A stretch of DNA of 64,000 nt. Source: an uncultured Acidobacteriota bacterium. Its GTDB lineage: Bacteria; Acidobacteriota; Vicinamibacteria; Vicinamibacterales; CAVVIG01. The notes beneath the pieces were generated by a model. It was not told where the DNA came from. It ran no database searches and worked only from the letters and a program-made list of their open reading frames with translations. Numbering within the stretch: the stretch's first letter is position 1; the number at the start of each line of letters is the position of its first letter. The stretch spans positions 193,731 to 257,730 of the forward strand of contig CAVWIZ010000006.1 in the NCBI GenBank assembly GCA_963755195.1, read 5' to 3'. Below, piece after piece: positions 55,530-63,505 of this stretch. Both the position numbers and the translations under genes were made by a program.

Positions 55530-56933
55530 CTACCGTTGCTCGGACGCAGATGCCCACGATGCGGCGACCTGTCTCGCGACGAATGCGGCGCCGGCGGCGT
55601 TCCAATGGCTGTCCTCTGGCGCATACAGCACCTCGCCGGCCGCTGCAGCGCGGCGCATCGGCCCGGTCAGCGACACGAAATCGATGCCCGCGTTGCGGCA
55701 GAACGCGGCCAACCGTGTTTCCAGGTCCCACGGGTGCCATCGAGTGCAAGGACTGCCCGCAGGAAAGCGGCAGAAATCGCCGTACACCCGAAACTTCATT
55801 GGCACGAAGAACACAATCAGCTTGATCCCCCGTTGGCGGGCGATCTCGTCTCCGCGACGCAAGGTCGCTTTGGTTGTTTCGAATCGCGCGGATTCGTAGT
55901 CGCCTAGGGTGCGAGTGGCGTAAAAATCGAAGAAGAAGAACCGATGGTCGGCGCCGCCGCGGTCGCGGAACCATCCGAAGCTATCGATGCCATTTGGCAC
56001 GAGCCAATCGGATGTCTCTCGCAACTGCCAGAACACGTTCATGGTGAAGGACCGGTCGAGAAAGTCGTGCCACCTGCGAGGCGCCGATATCGACGACCTG
56101 GGAGCCGGCAAGCCCTGTTCGTAGGCCATCGCGTTCTCGAAGTTCTGATCGTCGTCCAGGTCGTTGCCCTCGAAGAAGAACCACGGGACCATTTGGGGCT
56201 TGAGGGGGAGGGCGTACGTCTCGAGCACTTTCAGCTCCTGCAGCGATCCGTAGCCAGAGACGCCGAGGTTCACGACGGCGCGGCCCGTCAACTCCTGTAA
56301 CCGCACCGCGACAGTCTCCTCGTCCGAGACGTACGCGCCTTCGACATACGAGTCGCCGATGAGCGCGAGATCGGCTCGGTCGAGGTCTGCGCGATTGCGA
56401 AATCCGCGGCCGTCAGTGGAGAAGGACTGCCGATATGCCGAGCGGATCGGCAGGTTGAAGTATTGGGCCATATTGCTCCGCGGCCGACCCGACCAGTGCG
56501 CGTGCGGGGGACGTCGAAACGAAAACTCGTGATCCTCGACAAAATCGACCGCCGGTCCGTTCCAGTCTCCTGTGAGGGCGCCACGGAGCCGGCCGTAGTC
56601 GATCCATCCGGCGATCGCCGATACCTCCAGGATCACGACACCAAGCCCCATCGCCAGCGTCACCGCGACCGCGCGGAAGAGCGCCACGCGCCGTTGTCGC
56701 GAACAGAGGACGGCGACGCTCCACGTGCCCGCGTAGGTCCACGCGACGGCCGCCGCGAAAGCCGGGCTCGTCAGCTGAATCGCCCACGGTTCAGTCCGGC
56801 GTCCCAACCAGCCGGCCGCGGCCCAGAACGCCGCAATGGAGAGAAGCCACACGACGAAGGGGCTCCGTTGACGGAAGCGACCACGGTTCATCGACATGAG
56901 ATGACCCATACTATGTCTCGAAGCGGCGGACAA
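55530..56933 (-). CDS. membrane-anchored SGNH-like protein of the AlgX/AlgJ (polysaccharide O-acetyltransferase) type
   Basis: 467-aa ORF with 3-4 N-terminal TM helices, then LIGDSYVEG (a GDS block) and YAPEDSHWNAAGA (the DxHW motif typical of AlgJ/AlgX-like proteins). Confidence 0.6.
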   Translation of the reverse strand: MSAASRHSMGHLMSMNRGRFRQRSPFVVWLLSIAAFWAAAGWLGRRTEPWAIQLTSPAFAAAVAWTYAGTWSVAVLCSRQRRVALFRAVAVTLAMGLGVVILEVSAIAGWIDYGRLRGALTGDWNGPAVDFVEDHEFSFRRPPHAHWSGRPRSNMAQYFNLPIRSAYRQSFSTDGRGFRNRADLDRADLALIGDSYVEGAYVSDEETVAVRLQELTGRAVVNLGVSGYGSLQELKVLETYALPLKPQMVPWFFFEGNDLDDDQNFENAMAYEQGLPAPRSSISAPRRWHDFLDRSFTMNVFWQLRETSDWLVPNGIDSFGWFRDRGGADHRFFFFDFYATRTLGDYESARFETTKATLRRGDEIARQRGIKLIVFFVPMKFRVYGDFCRFPAGSPCTRWHPWDLETRLAAFCRNAGIDFVSLTGPMRRAAAAGEVLYAPEDSHWNAAGAAFVARQVAASWASASEQR

Positions 56934-56944
56934 AGAGCCGGACG

Positions 56945-57604
56945 CTACGGACCCGAGAGGATGCCGTCAGCCAGTCGCAGCACGCGCGTGGCGAACGCCC
57001 GTGCGAATTCTTCATCATGAGTGGTGATGAGGAGCGTGCGGCCCTGGCGGACGAGATCGAGGAGAAGAGCGCCGAGCTCAGCCCGGCGCTCGGGGTCGAG
57101 CGCCGCGGTTGGTTCGTCCATGAGCAGGACTCGCGGATTGACGGCGAGCGCGCGTGCGATGGCCACGCGCTGCGCCTCGCCGCCCGACAGCTCGCGCGGC
57201 AGGGCCATGGCCCGGTGTTCCACACCGAACACTTTCAGCAACTCGCGTGCGCGTTCTTGTGCTTCGGGGCGGCGAATACCATACGCGTGCACGGGCGCGA
57301 GCCACACGTTGTCGAGCGCGGTCAGGTGCTCGAACAGACAGTGAGATTGAAACACCATGCCAATCTTGCGTCGCAGTTGATGCAACGTGGCTGCATTGAG
57401 CGGCACGCCTTCCACCAAAACGCCGCCGGCGTCGCACGCGTCGAGCCCGGCGATGGCCCGCAGGATGGTCGTCTTGCCGGCACCTGACGATCCCTTGATG
57501 GCAACCAATTCGCCCTGGCCGACCTCGAAGCTGACACCCCGCAGAATCGGCCGCGCGCCGCGCCGCACGTGCACCTCGCGGACCTGGAGAACCGGCGCCG
57601 TCAC
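56945..57604 (-). CDS. amino acid ABC transporter ATP-binding protein
   Basis: The GTG at 57604 overlaps the upstream stop (GTGA). Walker A GSSGAGKTT, Q-loop, signature LSGGEAQRVAIARAL, Walker B LLMDEPTAALD. GlnQ/HisP-like. Confidence 0.9.
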   Translation of the reverse strand: MTAPVLQVREVHVRRGARPILRGVSFEVGQGELVAIKGSSGAGKTTILRAIAGLDACDAGGVLVEGVPLNAATLHQLRRKIGMVFQSHCLFEHLTALDNVWLAPVHAYGIRRPEAQERARELLKVFGVEHRAMALPRELSGGEAQRVAIARALAVNPRVLLMDEPTAALDPERRAELGALLLDLVRQGRTLLITTHDEEFARAFATRVLRLADGILSGP

Positions 57605-59157
57605 GGCGTCGCAGCCTTCCAGCGCCGCTCGAGCGCTCGTGCGAGGGCGGCCAGCGGCAGCGACATCGCCAGGTAGAGCGCGGCGCAGAGCAACCCGGGA
57701 ATCACCCAGCTGCCAACGTTGGTCGCGAAGATCTGCGTCTGCTTGGTGAGCTCCATCACCGTGAGCACGGACACGAGCGACGAATCCTTCAGCAGCGCGA
57801 TGAAGTCGTTGGTCATGGGCGCCAGGGCCAGTCGAAACGCCTGCGGACCGCGGACGAACGTCAGCACTTGCCGTTCGCTGAGGCCGAGCGTTCGAGCGGC
57901 TTCGAGCTGTCCTGTCGCGACCGCCTCGAGCGCCGCGCGATAGAGTTCGCTTTCGTAGGCGGCGTAGTTCAGGGCCAGCCCCAGAAAGGCCGCGCCAAAC
58001 GCGGGGAGCCGAATCGCCGCGGCGATCCCGTAGTAGAGCACGAAGAGCTGCAGCAGAATCGGCGTCCCGCGCATGATCTCCACATATGCGGTCAGCGCGA
58101 ACCCGAGCAGTCGGCCGCCGTACACGCGGCCCGTCGCAATCAGGACGCCGAGGGCGACGGCCAGGCCCATCGAGAGACACGACAACACGACGGTGACGGC
58201 CGACGCCCGGACAAGCGACGGCAGATAGCGGAGCGTGGCGTTCCAACGGGACGTCGCGGCGACACTGTCCGGCGGGACGCTGCTCTCATCGCGGTCCCGA
58301 TCGAGGTCGATGACCGGCGCCACCGGTTCGCCCGCCAACAGCCGGGCGTACAGCTTCGGCTGGTCGTCATTCCAGACGCCCCACTTGCGAAAGATGCGCT
58401 CGAGCGATCCGTCGCGCATCGCGCCGCGGAGGATCTCGTTGCACTGGTCGCGCAGGGTTGCCTGTGTCGCGGCGAGCACGCCGACGTAGTGCCCGATGGC
58501 CACCGTGTCCGGTTGAATGGTGAAGTTGTTCAGCAGCCGGCGCCGTCGTTCGGCGAGGACGTTATCGAGCAGGACGGCGTCCACGCGCCCCAGCACCAGA
58601 TCGGTGTAGGGGTGCAGGTCGTCTTCGTACGAAATCACCTGGATGCCACGATCGCGCTCCGCGCGCAGGAGGATGTCATAGGCAATCGTCCCGCCGAGCG
58701 TCGCGATCTTCCGGCCCCGCAAGTCGGCGAGTGTCCGGAAGCGCGAAGCGTCAGACGTCCGGACGCTCAACACTTCGCGGAACTCGTAGTACGGAATCGT
58801 GGGTGACAGCGTCGCGCGGCGCGTCGCGGTGTCCTCGATGCCGCTCAGCCCGATCTCGGCGTCGCCTCGCTCGATGGACTGGTCGATCGACGTGAAGGTG
58901 ATCATGACGAACTGAGGCGGGCGCCCAAGTGTGCGGGCCAGCAGGTTGGCGATGTCCACGTCGAAGCCGGCAACCGTCTCGGGATGAGAGGGGTCGGCCT
59001 CGACAAACGGCGCACCGCCTTCGGCGTCGCCGGCCCAGCGAAAGGCCGGCGCCGGTTGGGCGTACGCGACGGACCCCGCCAACGACAAGGTCGACAGGGT
59101 AAGGATGAGCTCGCACACGCGGCGAGCCTGGCTGGATCGTGCTTTCAAAAATGTCAC
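57601..59157 (-). CDS. fused periplasmic amino-acid-binding domain / ABC permease protein
   Basis: ORF 57601..59238. The likely start is GTG 59157 or TTG 59148, either of which gives a signal peptide (..KARSSQARRVCELILTLSTLSLAGSVAYAQ). A family-3 SBP domain (GFDVDIANLLA..., ATLGGTIAYD) is followed by a polar-amino-acid permease domain (MRGTPILLQLFVLYYG, EAARTLGLSERQ, PMTNDFIALLKDSSLVSVL). Confidence 0.8.
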   Translation of the reverse strand: MTFLKARSSQARRVCELILTLSTLSLAGSVAYAQPAPAFRWAGDAEGGAPFVEADPSHPETVAGFDVDIANLLARTLGRPPQFVMITFTSIDQSIERGDAEIGLSGIEDTATRRATLSPTIPYYEFREVLSVRTSDASRFRTLADLRGRKIATLGGTIAYDILLRAERDRGIQVISYEDDLHPYTDLVLGRVDAVLLDNVLAERRRRLLNNFTIQPDTVAIGHYVGVLAATQATLRDQCNEILRGAMRDGSLERIFRKWGVWNDDQPKLYARLLAGEPVAPVIDLDRDRDESSVPPDSVAATSRWNATLRYLPSLVRASAVTVVLSCLSMGLAVALGVLIATGRVYGGRLLGFALTAYVEIMRGTPILLQLFVLYYGIAAAIRLPAFGAAFLGLALNYAAYESELYRAALEAVATGQLEAARTLGLSERQVLTFVRGPQAFRLALAPMTNDFIALLKDSSLVSVLTVMELTKQTQIFATNVGSWVIPGLLCAALYLAMSLPLAALARALERRWKAATP

Positions 59158-59256
59158 AACCCAGGTCGGATCTGAGACATCGATATCGACCTCTGTATGA
59201 GATGGCGTGCAGCGTTGGTCAGTTTGATCCGGCACCACAATTGCGAGTGGCGAAGT

Positions 59257-59673
59257 ATGTTTCCCATGACCGATTCCGCGCCAGCTTTCGGCCGCCTCCT
59301 CATCGTCGACGACGATGATTCGACGACGGAGACGTTTGCACGCATCCTCACGCTCGAAGGCTACGAGGTGAGGACGGCGACCAACGCCGAGTCGGGGCTT
59401 CGCGAAATCGAGTCAGGCTATCCCGACGCCATCATTCTCGACCTCAGGATGCCCTTCATCAATGGTCTCGGCTTGCTCTATCGCCTCCGCGCCGTCGAGC
59501 CCAATCGCCGGACCCCGGTCGTCATCGTGACCGGCGATCAGTGTCTCGACGACACCGTGATCGACGAGGCCCGCGGGCTTGGCGCCGAAATCCGCTTCAA
59601 ACCGCTCTGGCTCGAAGACCTCGTGGATGTCGCCCGCACGCTCGTCCGGGCCAGCCGCGAGCAGCTGCACTAA
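59257..59673 (+). CDS. single-domain response regulator (CheY-like receiver)
   Basis: Internal ATG of ORF 59197..59673. LLIVDDDDSTTETFARILTLEGYEV..., AIILDLRMPFINGL, VVIVTG and a conserved Lys region (RFKP). There is no output domain and no adjacent kinase. Confidence 0.85.
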   Translation: MFPMTDSAPAFGRLLIVDDDDSTTETFARILTLEGYEVRTATNAESGLREIESGYPDAIILDLRMPFINGLGLLYRLRAVEPNRRTPVVIVTGDQCLDDTVIDEARGLGAEIRFKPLWLEDLVDVARTLVRASREQLH

Positions 59674-59738
59674 GCTAAGCCCGTTCCCATTCCCGCCGGG
59701 CCCGCGAGCCGGAGTAGAATATCCCCGAGGTCTGTGCT

Positions 59739-60308
59739 ATGGGCGCAAAACGCTGCCTTTCGATTGCGGGTGTGCTTCTGGCGGTCGTCGTACTTGGCGT
59801 GTGGAGCATTCGGGTCTCGGGGCAGACAGCTCCGGCGCCAACGGCGCACCAGCAGCATGCGGCGCCTGCGAAGCCGTCGGCGTCTGTCACGACGACGACG
59901 CCCGTTGCCGCGAAACCGGTTGGACCGTTCAAGCAGGCGAACTTACCACCGCTGCCGTTCGGCCCCCGCGACCCGCTTCCACGGCCGCCTCAGGTCGTCG
60001 CGGCCGTCTTCCGGTTTGCCGCCGAGCACCCGGAAATCCTGAACTACGTGCCATGCTTCTGCGGCTGCGATCACATGGGGCACAAGGGCAACACAGACTG
60101 CTTCGTGAAGTCGCGTGCGGCCAACGGCGACGTCCTGCAGTGGGAGCCGCACGGCACCGAATGCCAGGTGTGCATCGACGTCGGACAGCAGGCGATGCAG
60201 ATGTACTCGTCGGGAGCGTCGGTTCGCGACATCCGCACGGCCATCGAGAAGAAGTACGCCGGCACGTATCAGAATCGGACGCCGACGCCGCCGCCGCCAG
60301 CCAAGTAA
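59739..60308 (+). CDS. PCYCGC-motif family protein (here PCFCGC), secreted/anchored
   Basis: 189-aa ORF with a signal/anchor (CLSIAGVLLAVVVLGVW), a Pro/Ala/Thr-rich linker, then HPEILNYVPCFCGCDHMGHKGNTDCFV...HGTECQVCIDV. This Cys/His cluster matches the PCYCGC domain pattern. Confidence 0.7.
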   Translation: MGAKRCLSIAGVLLAVVVLGVWSIRVSGQTAPAPTAHQQHAAPAKPSASVTTTTPVAAKPVGPFKQANLPPLPFGPRDPLPRPPQVVAAVFRFAAEHPEILNYVPCFCGCDHMGHKGNTDCFVKSRAANGDVLQWEPHGTECQVCIDVGQQAMQMYSSGASVRDIRTAIEKKYAGTYQNRTPTPPPPAK

Positions 60309-60318
60309 GTTCGCGGCA

Positions 60319-62133
60319 TCACACCGGGTGCGGCACCAGCGAAATGACCTGACGCGGGGCCGGCGGGGGTGTCGAGGGACCGGACACCTCGGGCATGTCC
60401 CCGGTGTCGGGCCGGAGATATTGATGCTGGTGCGGCTTGATGGTGGCCAGCAGTTCCTTCCGCGTCTTGATGTGCAGCGGCCGTCCCAGGTGGATCTTGC
60501 CCATTCTGGCCATCAACGACTCCGGGATGGCGTTCGCGAACATGAACATGGGCCACGTGAAGCCCGGGCCGTTCAGCTTGCGTAGTTTCCAGGCCCACAT
60601 GCCGATCGCGCCGAGCCGCCACACCGTCGGCGCCCACCAGCTGGCCTGACCGGGGCGCAGGTTCATCTTCCAGCACTTCATCATCAGCTGCCACTGCAGC
60701 GGCGTCAGCTCGCGCGTTTCCGCGACGCCCTTCTGCGCCTCCATCCGTGTGTCGTGGAGCGGCGTGAAGATGGACGGGATGAAGAACGCAAAAAGTCCCC
60801 GCCGCTCGACCTCGTAAATGAGGTCAATCGTCGCCTTCACGTCTTCGTCGGTCTCGCCAGGATTCCCGATGATGAGGGTCATCGCGGGAAACCAGTTGTT
60901 CTTGTTGAGCACTTCGAGCCCCCGAACGACGACGCTCGGCCACTCGTCGATCGGAAACGGCACGGCCTTGCTCGGCATGATTTGCTTGGCCATGCGTACC
61001 GAACCTGTTTCCAGGCCGACAAGCGGCACCAGCGCCTTGTGGTTCGGGTGCGTGCTGAGGTACGGCAGATGGATCGGGCTCTTGTCGAGACACACGTCCG
61101 AGATCTGCCGAATCATGACGGGATCGACGACGGCCGGCGCGATGGTCGAGTGGCTGAGCACATGTTGCTCGACGCCCGGAGTGTTGACGATATCGGCGTA
61201 GAGATCGACGAGCGCCTCCCGGTTCGGAAAATAGAACGGCGTCGACGTGTGCACCTGGCCCCAGATGAACATGTCTTCGGTCGCCAGCGAAATCTGCTTG
61301 TTGCCGTCGCGCACGTTGGCGCGAACGGCCCCCATGATCTTGTCCTTCGGCAGGTCGATCTGCGGGTTGAGATCCGGCACGCAGAACTGGCACCGGCGGC
61401 CGCATCCGGTGGTCATCTCCACGACGCCGAACGTCGTGCGCTTGTCGGGAAAGAGAATCTCGTTGCGATCTTTCGGGTGCGACACGTCCATCTGCCGCGG
61501 CAGGTCTTCGCCGGCGATCGCACGATCGAAGAGCGCCAGCACGTCCACCGACTCGCTCCGTCCCTCGACGACGCAATCGACGCTCAGGTCGTCCCACGAA
61601 TTGGTCTGGGTGATTTGCCAGCCGCCCGAGCCGCCGACGATCACCTTGAATTGCCGGCGATACGGATTGTCCTTGATCGTCGTAAACAGCTCGCGGGCGT
61701 AGTGGGAGTTGATGGGCTGCTGCGACGACCCGAAAATGGACGTGTAGACGCCGGCGGCAAACGTCACGCCGAGCGGATTGTGCGTCGAGACCGCGACGAT
61801 GCGCGTGTCGGGCCCGACGAACTTGTGCAGATCGGCCGGGTAACAGCACGCGAGGTCTTCGGCCGGATAGTGGCGCAGGAGCGAGGCTTCGAGAACCCGG
61901 ACGCCGGCGGGCATGTACTTGGCCGATCCGTCGCCGTTGTATTCGACGTTGCGCCACTCGGGGTATTTCCTGTTCAGGATGCCCTCGAGCCACATCGGCA
62001 GGGAGGCCATGCTCATCTGAATGAAATAGCCGGCGTGGTCGATGATCTCCGTGAGTGGCGCCGTCAGCACGATCCGCGCGCCGCGCGGCGCTCCGCCGTT
62101 CACAGGCGTAACGTCAGATGCCGTTGTCTGCAT
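60319..62133 (-). CDS. B12-binding-like domain / radical SAM protein of unknown substrate
   Basis: Internal ATG (62133) of ORF 60319..62379. It has an N-terminal Rossmann-like region (RIVAVSTHNPLG..., KVIVGGSGG), a CxxxCxxC cluster site (TTGCGRRCQFCVPD), a radical SAM core and a C-terminal Trp-rich hydrophobic extension. Confidence 0.75.
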   Translation of the reverse strand: MQTTASDVTPVNGGAPRGARIVLTAPLTEIIDHAGYFIQMSMASLPMWLEGILNRKYPEWRNVEYNGDGSAKYMPAGVRVLEASLLRHYPAEDLACCYPADLHKFVGPDTRIVAVSTHNPLGVTFAAGVYTSIFGSSQQPINSHYARELFTTIKDNPYRRQFKVIVGGSGGWQITQTNSWDDLSVDCVVEGRSESVDVLALFDRAIAGEDLPRQMDVSHPKDRNEILFPDKRTTFGVVEMTTGCGRRCQFCVPDLNPQIDLPKDKIMGAVRANVRDGNKQISLATEDMFIWGQVHTSTPFYFPNREALVDLYADIVNTPGVEQHVLSHSTIAPAVVDPVMIRQISDVCLDKSPIHLPYLSTHPNHKALVPLVGLETGSVRMAKQIMPSKAVPFPIDEWPSVVVRGLEVLNKNNWFPAMTLIIGNPGETDEDVKATIDLIYEVERRGLFAFFIPSIFTPLHDTRMEAQKGVAETRELTPLQWQLMMKCWKMNLRPGQASWWAPTVWRLGAIGMWAWKLRKLNGPGFTWPMFMFANAIPESLMARMGKIHLGRPLHIKTRKELLATIKPHQHQYLRPDTGDMPEVSGPSTPPPAPRQVISLVPHPV

Positions 62134-62227
62134 AAGGTTTAATGGCCCGCTAGTGTGTAATTGTGGTCGCAGATACCGTAATACTAGGTGTGCCCTGAGG
62201 TCAACAAACGGCGGGAGAAGGCGAGAA

Positions 62228-62256
62228 GGGTCCAGGGCGCGCGGCACCCTGGACCC
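62228..62256 (-). terminator. candidate terminator hairpin downstream of the endostatin-like gene
   Basis: The minus strand reads GGGTCCAGGGTGC-CGC-GCGCCCTGGACCC (one mismatch), followed by a pyrimidine-rich TTCTCGCCTTCTCC. There is no clean T-tract. Confidence 0.35.
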
Positions 62257-62285
62257 TGAAGCTGAGACCCTGAAAAGCTCCGGTC

Positions 62286-63060
62286 TTAATTCACCGCGAA
62301 GCAGTACAGCAGGCCGGCCCCGCCCGTGCTGACCAGGTTTGCCTGGCTGCAGCCGCGGCTCGGGTGCGTGGAGTTCCACGAGCCGTTGCCGCCGCCCTGC
62401 TTGTCGTGGTGCCCGAGCTGCGCCGATGGGCCCGGTGCCGGGGGAGCGGCCGGAGGAGCGGCGCCTCGTGCGGGTGGTTCGATATGGGCGTTGCTCGTCC
62501 AGTTGTTGCAGGTGTGGTCCGCCGCGTCGGTGTACGCACGGCCGTCGGGCTGCGAACCGGTCAGGATGTCGTGCTGGTTCGGCATGTCGCCCACACCGTT
62601 GACCGTCGCGTTCTTTTCGCTCAGCGAGATCTGCTTGCCGAGGGCGTTGCCGAGCCGCGCCTGCTCGATGGTGTCGCCGTGCAGCTCGGCGACGGTCTGC
62701 CGATGCGCCCGCCCCGGGCGTTGTACCACGGGCCGTTGCCGATGCGGTCGCGCGCGTTGACCGCGCCCGGGCCCTGGGTGCTCAGATAGGCGTGCCAGAC
62801 GACCGGTGCGCCGCGTCCGGCGGCCGTCCCCAGCTGCTGGCAGTAGGCATCGGCGCCGGCCATCCCGCCGTAGTTCGCGCCGTCCCCCTTGGGCACGCTG
62901 GTGATGAAGAAGGACATCGGCTGCGGCGGCCCGCCTGGGCCGCGGCCCGCTGCCCGGCGCCGGGGGCTGCTGGGCGAGCACGAGATACGAACCCGCGAGC
63001 AGCGCGATGGTCAGTGCCCCGATGTGCATGGACAGTCTTGATAGTCTTGGATTTACTCAT
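62286..63060 (-). pseudogene. secreted protein with endostatin-like / C-type-lectin-like domain signature, frameshifted
   Basis: Signal peptide (..HIGALTIALLAGSYLVLAQ), possibly starting at ATG 63060 (MSKSKTIKTV) through a further indel. The core is split between ORF 62621..62917 (FFITSVPKGDGANYGGMAGADAYCQQLGTAAGRGAPVVWHAYLSTQ...RDRIGNGPWYNARG) and ORF 62286..63029 (QTVAELHGD...HTCNNWTS...GLLYCFAVN). The frame changes near 62930 and 62700. Confidence 0.65.
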
Positions 63061-63291
63061 GGCCACTCTCTCGTTCGTATGCCGAGACGACCCCTGATGG
63101 CCGCTCGCCTGTAAAGCGGGCATCTTACCTGACGTCCGCCTCTTCGTCTACAGCCACGACCCCGCGGGTTCGCCAGCCAGCCAACTCAGAGTCGGCGGCG
63201 CGTCCCACTTCGGCCACGGGCGGAGTCATAAGGCTGGGCCGGCACCGGACGACCGAACACCGGCGAGCTGGCCAAAATCACGTTGGGGTAC

Positions 63292-63377
63292 TGGTGCGGA
63301 AGAGGGGATTTGAACCCCCACTGGATTGCTCCAACTAGCTCCTGAGGCTAGCGCGTCTGCCGTTCCGCCACTTCCGC
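63292..63377 (-). tRNA. tRNA-Leu (anticodon CAG), CCA encoded
   Basis: The reverse complement is GCGGAAGTGGCGGAACGGCAGACGCGCTAGCCTCAGGAGCTAGTTGGAGCAATCCAGTGGGGGTTCAAATCCCCTCTTCCGCACCA. It has a 7-bp acceptor stem (GCGGAAG/CTTCCGC), an anticodon stem CTAGC/GCTAG with loop CTCAGGA, a long variable arm (TGGA-GCAA-TCCA) and a GGTTCAAAT T-loop. Confidence 0.9.
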
Positions 63378-63403
63378 AAGTGGTGAGAATGCTGTCGCTC
63401 CGA

Positions 63404-63453
63404 TTGAACGGAGGCAACGTTTCAGTATAGCGGAACGGCCGAGGAATGGTCGA
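63404..63453. promoter_or_regulatory. candidate back-to-back promoters sharing an overlapping -10 (tRNA-Leu leftward, sppA rightward)
   Basis: The plus strand has TTGAAC (63404-63409), a 16-nt spacer, then TATAGC (63426-63431). The minus strand has TCGACC (63448-63453), an 18-nt spacer, then TATACT (complement of 63424-63429). This is sequence resemblance only. Confidence 0.25.
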
Positions 63454-63505
63454 CGTCGCGCGTCGGCTCCGTGCGAGAATTGGTGGTTCCTGACTGGAGA
63501 CCATC

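Noticed and set aside
63061-63505. tRNA-Leu as an integration hotspot, with a possible genomic-island boundary.
   Set aside because: There is no integrase, no direct repeat of the tRNA 3' end and no compositional shift that I could see within the window. The flanking genes (sppA and a secreted protein) look chromosomal.
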